The notes under the pieces are model-generated. The model ran no database searches. It had not been told where the DNA came from and saw nothing but the letters and a program-made list of their open reading frames with translations. Shown piece after piece: positions 53,400 to 64,000 of a stretch of 64,000 bases of DNA (its first letter is position 1; each line of letters opens with the position of its first letter). Made by a program: the position numbers and the translations under genes. The stretch is taken from assembly GCF_006345805.1 (NCBI RefSeq), contig NC_043013.1:25544001-25608000 (forward strand), read 5' to 3'. The DNA comes from Octopus sinensis. Lineage: Eukaryota.

Positions 53400-53750
53400 C
53401 AAGGCAATTTCACTCATCCTTTATTATGGCCAGGTTCCAACCCAGGCCACAGCAACAAAGTCCACCCACCACACTTCTCTGGCCAACATCATTATCTCGA
53501 GGTCCTGGATACATTCTTGGCCAGTGTCTGCAATTAAGTTGTTGATGTGTGTCAACATTTTCCTCTTCTTACATCACCATGAAATGGGTTCCAGAAGACT
53601 AATTTGGATGCTTCCAGTCCAGGGTGGTGCATGCAGTGACCAGATATTCGCAAGTGTCTTTGTTTGATCTTCTTGCTAACTTTCAGCAGGTCTCCATAAA
53701 GGCATACATTTGTGATATGTTGCTGCCACTTCACATTTCAGGCATCTTTG
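53400..53750 (-). mobile_element. Old RTE/RTEX-like LINE 3' fragment
   Basis: WQQHITNVCLYG...IKQRHLRISGHCMHH...SKLVFWNP.HG..RRG. Confidence 0.65.
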
Positions 53751-55214
53751 CACGATGATAAAATGTACAAGGGTTATTGAATGAGCTAAGATATCACTGG
53801 GTTGAGCGGATCTTAGTCTTGTCTTGTCAAGGATACGACAACCTTTCTAGTTCTGGTGCTATAATAAAATGCATCCAACATACTCTGTAAACAGGTTAGT
53901 GAATGACTGGAGATAGCATAGGGTTGGTGGTATAACTCTTTAATCTTGTCTTGTTGAGGATTGTAACTCAACTCCAGTGGTCGAGGTATCATGATAAAAT
54001 ACACCCAGCACACTTTGAAGTGGTTGGTGTTAAGAAGGGCATCCACCTGTAGAAACCATGCTACAGTGAAACATATGAGTGAGTTGTGGTCTGGAGATTA
54101 CTTTCAAAGTGGAAAAACAGATATAATATATTTCTGGGTATGTGTGTATTGTGAACAATTACCTGTCTACATATCATCATCATACATCGTTTTCCATGCT
54201 GGCATAAGTTGGACAGTTTGACAGGAGCTGGCAAGCCAGAAGACTTTTGCAAGCTCTACTGTCTGTTTTGGCATGGTCTCTTACAGTTGGGTGCTTTTTA
54301 CATGGCACCAGCACCAATGCTTTTTATGCAATAGCCAGTCACTAAAATTTGTAGCTAAGCAATTTTAATTACAAATTCACACTAAAAAAGCAAAAATGTG
54401 ACTCTTTTGATGTTTAAATATACACAAACCAATGTTCCCAGACGTAACATGGCATGTGTTACACTGTGAGGACAGAGTGACATAACCCTTTGAAGTTCTG
54501 CAAACAAATATTCATGTTTATTGAAGTTTTATTACCTTTGGAATATAAACTTGATTCATTCCATATTTATTCAACAATGTATATGCTCTCAGTATGCGGC
54601 TAAATAATTGTTATGCATACTTTGGAAGCAAACCTAGAAACTTATTTATCATATTAAAAAATTGTCTGTTCAGTTAATGTTTAATGTCTGTCTTTGTTTG
54701 TTTGTTTCTTTCTTTCTCTTTTTTACTGACTGTATTGAGACACCCTAGAGTTTTAAAATTCAAATCCTGTTGGAGTCAGTTGTTACCTTTTGTCACTGCA
54801 GGTTTAAAATGTTAAAAACCAGTAATGCACAACATTACTGGTTTTTCACATGCCTTGCTTAAACATTCTGACTGAAAATGCAAGTGAAGAAAACACAAAG
54901 TCTTGTATGTGAGCGTTGTTCAAATAAATAACTATTGTTTACATAGGTACAACATTTATGTTCTACATACTGATGGTTCAGGGCCCCTTACAATCTGCAA
55001 TAATTCCTCTTGTTGCCAGACTAGTTTACTAGTACCTTACACAGTACAGCATTAATAAATTTGTATCATCATCATCATCATCATATGTTTGCTTTCCATG
55101 CTGGCATGGGTTGGATTGTAACTCAAATGACTCCACCAAACTCTATTGTCTGTTTTGGATTGATTTCTACAGCTGGATGCCCTTCCAAATGCCAACCACT
55201 TTACAGAGTGCACT

Positions 55215-55392
55215 TGATGCTTTTTATGTGACACCATCACCAGTGCTTTTTACATGGCACTGGCACAGCTTATGTGGCACCATCACCAGTGCTTCTTACA
55301 TGGCACTATCACCAGTGCTTTTTACCTGGTACTATCATCAGTGATTTTTACATGACACCATCACCTGTGCTTTTTATGTGACACCAGCACTA
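55215..55392. repeat. ~26-bp tandem repeat (CACCAGTGCTTTTTAYRTGRCACCAT) within an RTE-tail copy
   Basis: About six imperfect units are visible. Confidence 0.75.
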
Positions 55393-57370
55393 ACAGGGTC
55401 ACCAAACAACTTCCTTTTAATGCCCAAGGACATGTATTTCATTTAATTATTTAAATGAAATTTAAGATTTGCTTAATTTAGAGTGTGTTGAAAATCTATG
55501 TTGTACCTGTATAAGAATCTCTGCTACTTGTTTTTCTTTTTCCTTTTTTCTCCATTCACTTAAACAAGGGGCTGTGTTATAAATAAATCATTGAAACCCT
55601 TACTAAATATTAAGGTTTTGAACTAAAACTTCCTTGAAAGACTATGTTGCTCTTTCACCCCAGACTGGCCTCATTGATCAAACCTTTTAGCAAAAGCAAT
55701 CCAGATCTGACCATCTTTTATAGTTTATCTTTCTCTTTTACTTATTGTGGCCATGCTGGAGCACCACCTGGAAGAACTTTTAGTCAAATGAATCAACCCC
55801 AACACTTTTTTATTTTGAAGCTACTTATTCTATCGGTTTCTTTTGCTGAACCACTAAGTTACAGGGACATAAACATACCAACAATGATTGTCTGCTGATG
55901 GTGGGGACTAACAGACACAAAGATACCCCCCCCCCACCACACACATGATGGGCTTCTTTCAGTTTTTGTCTACCATATCCACTCACAAAGTTTTGGTTGA
56001 CCTATAGCTATAGTAGAAGATACTTGTCCAAGGTACCATGCAGTGGGACTGAACCTGGAACCATGTGTTTGGGAAGCAAACTTCTTCCCACACAACTATG
56101 TCATATTGTATTGTTTTTGGAGAAGCAGGGCACTATTCAATGTATTTCTCTTTCTTAACGCCATTAATTGTGAGATGAAGGAGACTTGGCTACTATTTCT
56201 ACCATGTCAGTTAATTTCATAGAGCAAGTGTCAGCAACCTCTTGCCTACTGGTAAAATTTTAGTTCTGTTTAAATTTGAAACTAAAATCTTTAAAATATT
56301 TAAAAATAAAATTAAAAAAGCTTTTCAGTTTTAAAAGCAAAGTAGTAAGACCAACCATATTTGGCCCAAGTATTCTACCTGTTTTATGTTTAAACCAGCC
56401 AGATCTGGCCTCTCCTACTGATTTTACAATGTTGTTCTAAGGTCATCGTCAAAATCTTGATGCTATTGATGGATTTGGTTAACTGAAACCGAAAAGAACT
56501 TATGTGCATGTTTTTTTTTTTGTGTCTCCTTGAAAATTGTAAATGAGAATCACTGTCTTACAAGCAGTGTCACTCATTTCCAATATTCTGTGTAAACATG
56601 TTTGACCATCAGGAAATATTACCTTGCTTGGAAATTGATGAGAGTGAATGACAGGATGGATATCTGCCATAGGAAATCTATTTCAGTCAACCCTGTTTGA
56701 CTCATGCGAGCATGAAAATGTTGATGGACATGAAAATGTTGATGATGAGTCGTATCTCATACTAAAAAGTTTCCGCTTCTCCCCTGTGAAGTGGCTCTTT
56801 CATTGGTTTATTAAGGCTTTTATAGTTAAGGAATATGTTGGTGAACTTGTACTTTTTTTTGTTTGTTTTTGTGTCCTTTATTTCATGCTAGCCTGAGTTA
56901 GATGAACATATTGAAGCGTTCTTGTCATTAACCTTTTTTATATTTTCCATGTGAAGGATCCTTTATTTCACATGTTTTTGAAGGTGCAAAGCCAGCAGAT
57001 GGTTTGTTGACAGGAGAAAGGACAGCAGTGTCATTGCTTGTGGGTCAGTGATTTTTGGAAGCGTACAAATGTAAACAAACATAGACACGCACATGTGCAT
57101 GCCCACACACACACACACACATACTCTTTCTCATACATGCATATGCGCATACATTCACATACACACACATTTTTACGATTAGCTCCTCTTAGTTTCAATC
57201 TACCAAATCCGCTGACAAGGCTTTGGGTAGATCTGAGACTATAGAAATCACCTGCCCAGTGAAATTGAACCCCACTAATGATGTGTAGGGACACAAACTT
57301 CTTAACCATGTCCACAATCACTTTAGTAATGTACCATGTTAAAATTGTTTTTTGTTTATTCTTGGATTAG

Positions 57371-57419
57371 GTTGGAATACAAAGATAATAAAGACGTCAT
57401 GTTCCTTGCTGAAGAGTTG
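57371..57419 (+). CDS. VIRMA: VIRMA coding exon 4 (M-LEYKDNKDVMFLAEEL)
   Basis: Acceptor ATTAG, donor TTG|GTGAGT, 49 nt, phase 2 to 0, bridging exons 3 and 5 in frame. Resembles human LEYDENTSIIF. Confidence 0.88.
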
Positions 57420-57570
57420 GTGAGTTGCTTTTCTTTATGTTTTCTTTTATTGCTTGTTATGATATATTCTATGCAATAAACCTGGCACTGCATGTTTGAA
57501 CTAATTAAAATTAATTTAATGCACTGAACATCCATAAATGCTTGTTTGTTTATTTAATCACACTGTGGAT

Positions 57571-57608
57571 GCTGTAATTTCGGTCATCATTATGATCTCA
57601 TCAGCAGC
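57571..57608 (-). ncRNA. Minimal type I hammerhead motif, ~150 nt downstream of VIRMA exon 4 (antisense)
   Basis: - strand: GCTG-CTGATGA-GATCAT-AATG-ATGACC-GAAA-TTA-CAGC; stem I GCTG/CAGC, stem II with one mismatch, essentially no stem III. Confidence 0.6.
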
Positions 57609-57985
57609 TGTTATTTCTTTATCTTAACTGTTTACAACAAAACTGTATTTATAGTTTCTGTCAATTAAATCAGATGTACCAATTTATCTTGCAACTGATA
57701 TGCTTTCGGTAAACACTTAAATGATTGCATGCAAACTTTGGAAACAGACAGAAAAACAATCTTTATCGTGTAATGGTCAGCTGCTGTTCAATGACATTTT
57801 TTTTCCCACTTTCAAATCATAATCTGTTTCCTTACAGCTTTAGGGCTGTCCTATGGGATGCCCTAGATGAAACACAGTTTTTAGTCTTGTCCTGTTTTGA
57901 ATTAAAATCCTTTTATTCGGTTTGGTACACTGACTGCTTTCATAAATATTAGTTATAATGTTATTTATTTAATAATCATCATCAT

Positions 57986-58148
57986 TGCAGGAGTGGCTGT
58001 GTGGTAAGTAGCTTTCTTCCCAACCACATGGTTCCAGGTTCAGTTCCACTGCATGACTCCTTGGGCAAATGTCTTCTACTATAGCCTTTGACCAAGCAAA
58101 GCCTTGTGAGGTGATTTGGTTGACGGAAACTGAAAGAAGCCCATCGTG
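57986..58148 (+). mobile_element. tRNA-derived SINE head/core (octopus OK/OR-like family, representative copy)
   Basis: TGGCTGTGTGGT A-box, GGTTCAGTTCC B-box, CCTTGGGCAA core; similar copies near 7690, 12770, 16820, 27750, 29750, 41948, 47070, 48741, 55945, 60795. Confidence 0.75.
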
Positions 58149-58201
<53 letters not shown>

Positions 58202-58223
58202 CATATATATATATATATATATA

Positions 58224-58638
58224 TCCGAATGTGGCCGATGCCAGCGCCGCCCTGACTGGCTTCTGTGCCGGTGGCACATAAAAAGCACCATCCGAACGTG
58301 GCCGATGCCAGCGCTGCCTCGACTGGCTCCGGTAGCACATAAAAAGCACCATCCGAACGTGGCCGTTGCCAGCGACGCCTTGGCTGGCTTCCGTGCCGGT
58401 GGCATGTTAAAAGCTCCAACCGATCGTGGCCGATGCCGGACCCCCCTGGCACCTGTGCAGGTGGCACGTAAAAAGCACCCACTACACTCGCGGAGTGTTT
58501 GGCGTTAGGAAGGGCATCCAGCTGTAGAAACTCTGCCAGATCAGACTGGAGCCTGGTGCAGCCCCTGGCTTCCCAGACCCCGGTCAAACCGTCCAACTCG
58601 TGCTAGCGCGGAAAACGGATGTTAAACGATGATGATGA

Positions 58639-58642
<4 letters not shown>
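58224..58642 (+). mobile_element. Short retroposed copy of the RTE 3' UTR/tail with ~60-bp internal tandem repeats (representative of roughly 25 or more copies)
   Basis: AAAAGCACCCACTACACTC..GGCGTTAGGAAGGGCATCCAGCTGTAGAAAC..GTTAAAC(GAT)n matches the RTE 3' end; others near 5070, 18350, 25700, 26800, 27160, 29180, 30160, 30520, 31210, 36180, 36970, 40125, 60420. Confidence 0.85.
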
Positions 58643-58678
<36 letters not shown>

Positions 58679-58985
58679 ATCTATCTATCTATATATATAT
58701 ATATATATATCTATCTATCTATCTATATATATATATATAATATATATATATCTATCTATCTATCTATCTATCTATATATATATATATATATATATAAGTA
58801 ATACTAAGCAATAAGGGTTTAGCAACGAGTTGCCTTACCACATACCGAATTTAGAAATAGCAGTCAAAGGGTTATAGCTATTTCTTCTACTAAAAAGGGA
58901 GATCTCAGTAAAAACAGCATTTGGAAGGCACAAACAGGTAAGAGAGAATGAATTGACTGCAATCTATCATACATTTTTTTAGTTA

Positions 58986-59099
58986 TCCACGGACGTACGT
59001 TTCGAAATCAAGTTTTAAGGAAAGCATACGAATTAAATATTAAATATTAAATAATAAATAATTCTATCTTACCGAAACTTCTTTTCTCTTCAGCGTAGA
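58986..59099 (-). ncRNA. Type I hammerhead ribozyme, intact core (unit 1)
   Basis: - strand: TCTACG-CTGAAGA-GAAA AG AAGTTT...AAACTT GA TTTC-GAAA-CGTAC-GTC^CGTGGA; predicted cleavage between 58992 and 58991. Confidence 0.88.
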
Positions 59100-59587
59100 A
59101 TACTATAATCATAAATGATTATATATTGAATTTTGAGATACCAGAAGGCACCAACTCCACTCAGTATCAGAGCGAGCTAAAACCCGCAACTGGTATCACC
59201 GAATTCAATTTGTGAATGAAACGATTGTGTCAACAGCCCCTTCCCACCCGCGTGTAGCCAAAATAAGATGCTGTGGTCATCTACTGAGATAAAATATGGT
59301 TATCCGTAATAATGAAGGGTGAAATTAATTAATTTGGAAAAATTATCAATTACACCAAGTAGTCTTCGGCATGTAAAAGCCTCATTCGAGGAAAATTTAA
59401 GTAATACTAAGCAATAAGGGTTTAGCAACGAGTTGCCTTACCACATACCGAATTTAGAAATAGCAGTCAAAGGGTTATAGCTATTTCTTCTACTAAAAAG
59501 GGAGATCTCAGTAAAAACAGCATTTGGAAGGCACAAACGGTAAGAGAGAATGAATTGACTGCAATCTATCATACATTTTTTTAGTTA

Positions 59588-59701
59588 TCCACGGACGTAC
59601 GTTTCGAAATCAAGTTTTAAGGAAAGCATACGAATTAAATATTAAATATTAAATAATAAATAATTCTATCTTACCGAAACTTCTTTTCTCTTCAGCGTAG
59701 A
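59588..59701 (-). ncRNA. Type I hammerhead ribozyme, intact core (unit 2)
   Basis: Same sequence as unit 1, offset 602 nt; predicted cleavage between 59594 and 59593. Confidence 0.88.
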
Positions 59702-60127
59702 ATACTATAATCATAATGATTATATATTGAATTTTGAGATACCAGAAGGCACCAACTCCACTCAGTATCAGAGCGAGCTAAAACCCGCAACTGGTATCAC
59801 CGAATTCAATTTGTGAATGAAACGATTGTGTCAACAGCCCCTTCCCACCCGCGTGTAGCCAAAATAAGATGCTGTGGTCATCTACTGAGATAAAATATGG
59901 TTATCCGTAATAATGAAGGGTGAAATTAATTAATTTGGAAAAATTATCAATTACACCAAGTAGTCTTCGGCATGTAAAAGCCTCATTCGAGGAAAATTTA
60001 AGTAATACTAAGCAATAAGGGTTTAGCAACGAGTTGCCTTACCACATACGAATTTAGAAATAGCAGTCAAAGGGTTATAGCTATTTCTTCTACTATATAT
60101 ATATATATATATATATCTATCTATCTA

Positions 60128-60173
<46 letters not shown>

Positions 60174-61313
60174 ATATACATACATACATATTTGTTTGTT
60201 TGTTTGTGTGTGTGTGTTTGTCCCCCAACATTGTTTGACAACCGATGCTGGTGTGTTTACATCCCAGTAACATAGCAATTTGGCAAAAGAGGCTGATAGA
60301 ATAAGTACTACACTTACGAAGAATAATTCCTAGGGTTGATTTGCTCAACTAAAGGCGGTGCTCCAGTATGGCCACAGTCAAATTGCTGAAACAAATAAAT
60401 GAATAAAAGAAATTAGTGTCCGTTGTCCATGCTGGCATGGTTGGACAGTTTGACCAGGGCTGGCAAGCTGGAAGACTGCACCAGACTCCAGTCTGATTTG
60501 GCATGTTTTCTATGGCTGGATGCCCTTCCTAACGCCAACCATTTTATGGCACATAATGGATACTTATACATGCCACTGGCATGAGTGCCATTTGCGTGAC
60601 ACTTGTATCTGCCATGACCGGGATTTTACTTGGCTTAATGGGTCTTCTTCTCAAGCAGAACATAATGCCATGGTCTTGGTCATTACCTCTGTGAAGCTAA
60701 ATAAATAATATAATAATGTGAGATGCTTGACCTAATTATTAAATTGTTGTACTCAAAATCACAAGTGCTGACATTTTGCTCTAACGGCTCAAGCATGGCT
60801 GTGTGGTTAGAAGTATACTTCCCAGCCACTGACTTTTGGGTTCAGTCTCACTGCATAGTACCTTGGACAAATGACTTTTACTGTATCATTGGTCCGACCA
60901 AATCCTTGTGAGTAGATGTGGTTGATTGAAACCGAAAGAAACCCGACATGTGTGTATGTGTGTTTGTATCTCCTTGTCATTTCCAATATTCTACAAAATC
61001 ATGTCTGGCCATGGGGGAAATATTATCTTGCTTGGAAACAAGGTATGGGTTGGTGACAGGAAAAGCATCCAGCTGTTGAAAAATCAGCCTTGATAAACTG
61101 TCTGACCCATCCAGGCATGGAAATGTGAAATTTCAAATGATGACAATGATGGTGGTAGTAACAATGATGAACTAATTTATGCCATTAATTTCTACTCTTT
61201 GTTTATGAATTTCTGAAATAATCAAAGTATAAAACTGCTTTCTTTTGAGTATCTGTTGGTTGCCAGGGTTAAATTTTACCATGTAATCTTATGTTTGAAT
61301 GCTTCTTTTCCAG

Positions 61314-61458
61314 GTGCCAACCAATGGTCTCATTCTTAAAGGATGGTATACAACTATCACCATCGCTGCTTTTGGAAATGTGGCAACAATTGAAACCATA
61401 TCCCCACCACCTCCACCGCCTCCTCCACAGCAATCTGTGCATCGTATAAAAGGACCTG
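61314..61458 (+). CDS. VIRMA: VIRMA coding exon 5 (VPTNGLILKGWYTTITIAAFGNVATIETISPPPPPPPPQQSVHRIKGP)
   Basis: Acceptor TTTTCCAG, donor CTG|GTAGGT, 145 nt, phase 0 to 1. Resembles human VNTDGLVLRGWYNCLTLAIYG followed by poly-Pro. Confidence 0.93.
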
Positions 61459-61559
61459 GTAGGTTTCAGATGAATCATTTCACTTTCCCTCTCCCCCTCA
61501 TCTCTTGATTAATTTATCATACAGCTGCTGTCCTAGCTGTATGAAGAACATTATCACAG

Positions 61560-62005
61560 GTAAACATCACCAAGAGACCACTTCCAATTGTAACTGTTGA
61601 AACCCTAAAGCTTGCCCACTTGACTAAGTGTGTATGATAAACTCCATCGTAAATGTGACAGAAGTAGCAGCAATGTTTCAAGATAACCTAATTCAAAAGG
61701 ATGATTACATTGGGTTGTGCAAAAAGGACTTTAAAAAATGTTATGTAAACCACGTATCATCTTCTTTCCGGTGCATCAACAAATGTAATGCCTCTAAATT
61801 GGTCAGCCACGTATGTAGTTTGAAAACCAACTCCATACCATATACAATGAAATGGAGGATCATGGAGAAATCTAAGCCATAGGTTAATGGATCTAAAAAA
61901 TGCAACTTATGTGTAGCAGAAAGATTGCATATTCTTTTTAGATCCCAAAATTCCACCACACTGCTTAATTCCAGATCTGAATCTTTTAGCATGTTCAGGT
62001 TTCTT
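61560..62005 (+). mobile_element. Penelope-like GIY-YIG endonuclease remnant in VIRMA intron 5
   Basis: CNC...ACPL, DYIGLCKKDFKKCYVNH.SSFR, SKLVSHV..LK, MKWRIME, KKCNLCVAERLHIL, LLNSRSE; contains stops. Confidence 0.8.
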
Positions 62006-62582
62006 TTGTTGAACTGGAGGACACCAACCACTCCAAATTGGGTAGCTGTCTTGCCTGCTTTGGTCTCCTTTCTGTTTTATTGTTCTGCATCAGTTACATT
62101 AATTATGGTTTCTACTATCAAAATGGACAAAAATATTGGTTTTCTAACTTTTCTTTTTTTTTTGTCCACCAGCTGAGTGGAGTGGAGCAACATGAAGTGT
62201 TTTGCTCAAGGACACAATGAATTTCCCAGTTCAGGAATCAAAACCATAATCTTAGAATCATGAGTCCAGCACCTTAACCACTAAACTATGCCCCCTCCTC
62301 TGCATACATACATGTTTTTCAACATGTATCTTGAGATACTTTTGAGTTTTTCTCTCCTTATCCTTTCTGTAGAAGAGCAAATGCTTGAAATGTAAAATGC
62401 TTTTCCTTCTATTTTTTCCTTAGCATAAACCTAATACACTGATTTTTTTAATCTTGTCTTCTTGTTTTTTTTTCTCTCTACTACATGTGTGTGTGTGTGT
62501 TTGTATTTTCCAACTTTGCCAGCTTTGATTAATATTTGTTTGTTGTATATTAATGTTTCTGCTTGTATTTTTACATGTTCAG

Positions 62583-63614
62583 CATTGGAGAACCATTCAC
62601 AGTCAGACAAACAGTCAGAATGGGAACCTAGGCAACAACATCCTTTGGATTACATCCAACAACAGGTGGAACAACAGATGCAGCATCTTCAACAACAGCA
62701 GCATGCACAGCAGCAAGCACAACAGGCTCAGCAGCAGCAAGCACAAGCACAACAGAAGCAGCAGAAACAACAAATGGTGCAGCCAAGCCAACAGTCTAAA
62801 GCAGTTCAACAAGTGGGCCAACAAAGTGGGCAAGGGCAAACTCAAGTGCCACCGCCGTCATCTCAGCAACCGAGCTCCCAGGTACAGCCGAGCAAGCAAC
62901 CACAACAGCAACAACAACAGCAGCAACAAGTGGCATCATCTCAGCAGCAGCAACAGCAGCAGCAGAAGACACAGCAGTCGAGTACAGTTGTCCACCCTCC
63001 ATCCCAGTCACATACTGCACCCACCCAAACCCCTCTCTTACCCCTTCCTCACAGATCTTCAGATGTCTATCATCAAACTGAAGAACTCTTTGATCACAGA
63101 CCTTCCTCTTCACAAGATATTCCAACACAGGAATACTCAGCCAGCCAAAGGGAATTTACTGGAGACAGCCACAAGGCTTTTAGTCAAAGAGATTCTACAG
63201 CTGATCAGACTGACAGAACCTACCGAGGAGACTTCAACGAACTCTGTTCTGAATCGAAAGAACCCATTGACACATCTGATTTCTTTGAAGAGCAGCATCG
63301 TAGCAGAAGTTCATATGAGCGTGAGGTACATCATCGTGATGGGCGTGGCACAAGAGAAGCGGACACTGCACGGGAGTTTGATAACCAACGTGATGGCTCT
63401 CGAGAGAAGAATGATAAAGATCCTTGTTCTCGGTCTCCCACACGTGAACGTGACTGGGACCAGTTTAAGGAGAGAGACCAAAGCAGGGACTTAAGTGATC
63501 GAGAAACTCGTGACCGAACAAAGTCTCCTCGTTGTCGTTCTCGTTCACCAACAAGATCACGGTCTCCACCTGCAGAGTCTCCAAGACAGGATAGAATTGA
63601 AGATCCTGATTCTG
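62583..63614 (+). CDS. VIRMA: VIRMA coding exon 6: 1032-nt low-complexity exon (poly-Q, then D/E/R-rich and RS/SP repeats); gene continues beyond the window
   Basis: Acceptor TGTTCAG in phase 1 joins exon 5 in the frame of ORF 62462..63655; donor CTG|GTAGGT at 63614/63615; open throughout. Confidence 0.85.
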
Positions 63615-63794
63615 GTAGGTTCTTTTTATTGATAAATCTCGTATCAAATATTTAATTTGATTTATTTGATTTTTAAAATTCATCTACATTTGAATATAAA
63701 ATGCATTTTTAAAATTGAATATGGGTATGTATTTAAGGTCTACTTCAAAAAGAAGCAAGAGTCAGTACCCAGAAGGTCTTCATTTTTGGTTCTA

Positions 63795-64000
63795 TTGGTT
63801 GGTGCGTAATTATTGCGGCTTTTTTCAACAAAAACAATAACAATATTTAACAAAAACATCTTTAAATGATGGTCTGACCATCTGCCAAGCAAATGAGAAG
63901 CAGTAATTGAGGTAGATGGTGAATATGCTCCGGAATAATCATTTAAAGATGTTTTTGTTAAATCTTGTTTTTGTTGAATAAAATTTTATTAAAAGAAAGC
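63795..64000. mobile_element. Second copy of the mariner-derived MITE (cut by the window end)
   Basis: TATTGGTTGGTGCGTAATTATTGCGG start and internal sequence shared with 29833-30049. Confidence 0.8.

Larger units (their letters stand above)
58796..60094 (-). repeat. Tandem array of a ~602-bp non-coding unit (2.16 copies) inserted in (TA)n, one HHR per unit (retrozyme-like)
   Basis: GTAATACTAAGCAATAAGG recurs at 58798, 59401 and 60002; units differ only by a few 1-nt indels; no ORF of 60 aa or more in the track. Confidence 0.92.

Noticed and set aside
62553-63494. 313-aa overlapping ORF in another frame of VIRMA exon 6
   Set aside because: Explained by stop-poor CAA/CAG low-complexity sequence; splice phase selects the Q-rich frame.

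Overview
AT-rich, repeat-saturated animal DNA. The SINE/LINE/microsatellite landscape suggests an octopus or other coleoid cephalopod (inference). One host gene is present: the first six coding exons of VIRMA/virilizer (KIAA1429, m6A writer scaffold), + strand, 20312-63614, with GT-AG introns of consistent phase; the gene runs on past the window. The rest is mostly transposon-derived: four copies of one RTE LINE with a PHD-type Cys/His finger inside the RT region, many short copies of its 3' tail, tRNA-derived SINEs, R4/Dong-like and CRE-like relics, an ORF1-only L1/Tx1-like element, Tc1/mariner, MULE and piggyBac-like elements, and Penelope-like (PLE) GIY-YIG relics. The most notable signal is a set of type I hammerhead ribozyme (HHR) motifs. 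(i) A near-identical ~602-bp non-coding tandem array in VIRMA intron 4 has one intact HHR per unit (retrozyme-like, candidate circRNA). (ii) A ~430-bp foldback element joins a tRNA-derived Pol III head to a minimal HHR and a PLE-like tail. (iii) Several further PLE-associated HHRs are intact or decayed. All calls were made by eye; no searches or folding programs were run.
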